Below, one piece after another: positions 63,371 to 64,000 of a DNA stretch of 64,000 nucleotides. Below the pieces are notes generated by a model. It had not been told where the DNA came from and searched no databases. It worked only from the letters and a program-made list of their open reading frames with translations. This stretch comes from Rhynchobatus australiae (Eukaryota). The position numbers and the translations under genes are program-made. The DNA lies in contig JAUZTB010000033.1 of assembly GCA_034780895.1 (NCBI GenBank), positions 36,972,260-37,036,259 on the forward strand, read 5' to 3'. Within the stretch, counting starts at the first letter, position 1; each line of letters starts with the position of its first letter.

Positions 63371-64000
63371 TTACAAGCCATTGGGATGTTATCTTATCAC
63401 CTTCAGTCTTGTGGTGCGTCCTGAATGCTTGCATGCTGCTTGAGATGGAAACAAGACCTTTGAAAGTCATTGCTGTGTAATTTGCACCATCCTGTTACTG
63501 AACAAACCAGGAGGTTGAGATTAAACTCTCAATGCCTACGTTTGAGGAGGCAACTAATGAAGGTCTGTTTTGGGTGTTTGAGTGTGGGGCACAGCAAGTG
63601 CTGTAATGCTATAGGACCCCTGCTTGTTCCTCTTTCCTTGCTACCTTGTATCCCTGTATGGTAATGATATTGTGCTGTTTGCTTTTACAGATATTTTCAT
63701 AGCAAATCATTGTGCCTAATGCAGAGTCTGGAGCTCATTACTATAATATTTTCCAGATTCAATGCCTCTTGCTATCTCCTGGAAACTGATGTATGTGCCC
63801 ACCAAGTTTAGAGCTACAAGGGACCAGGGTGGATAGGAAAGAGTTGATTTTGAATGCTCACACACTTCCTATTATGTTTGTGAGAAGATATGTCTGATAA
63901 CAATATGATTCTTGTAAAATTTATTTATTTGTATATCTGCTATTCTTTCTCCTATTCCATTAAACCCATTGAAAGCTGCTTAACGAGGAATGCTGGAGAA

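Overview
Vertebrate genomic DNA, not prokaryotic. The repeat content (HER1/CR1 LINEs, HE1-type V-SINEs, Deu-domain SINEs, Rex-Babar, RTE and Penelope remnants) points to a cartilaginous fish, probably a ray (inference). Two spliced tetraspanin genes lie in tandem on the + strand. The last three coding exons of TSPAN32 are at 4509-4595, 8958-9041 and 13579-13677. About 13.4 kb downstream is the 5' part of CD81: a CpG-island promoter, coding exon 1 (27086-27151) and exon 2 (32070-32184). Everything after 32184 appears to be CD81 intron 2 (>31.8 kb), with no exon 3 found. Almost all entries in the ORF track are spurious or decayed transposon fragments. I found no convincing new biological system. 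The best leads are a short-tailed TSPAN32 with conserved linkage to CD81, a candidate alternative terminal exon in CD81 intron 2, decayed Penelope hammerhead-ribozyme termini, a diverged ~0.3 kb duplication upstream of CD81, and several small inversion or palindrome structures. Repeat boundaries are approximate (tens of bp). Repeat family names and human protein comparisons come from recall, not from a search.
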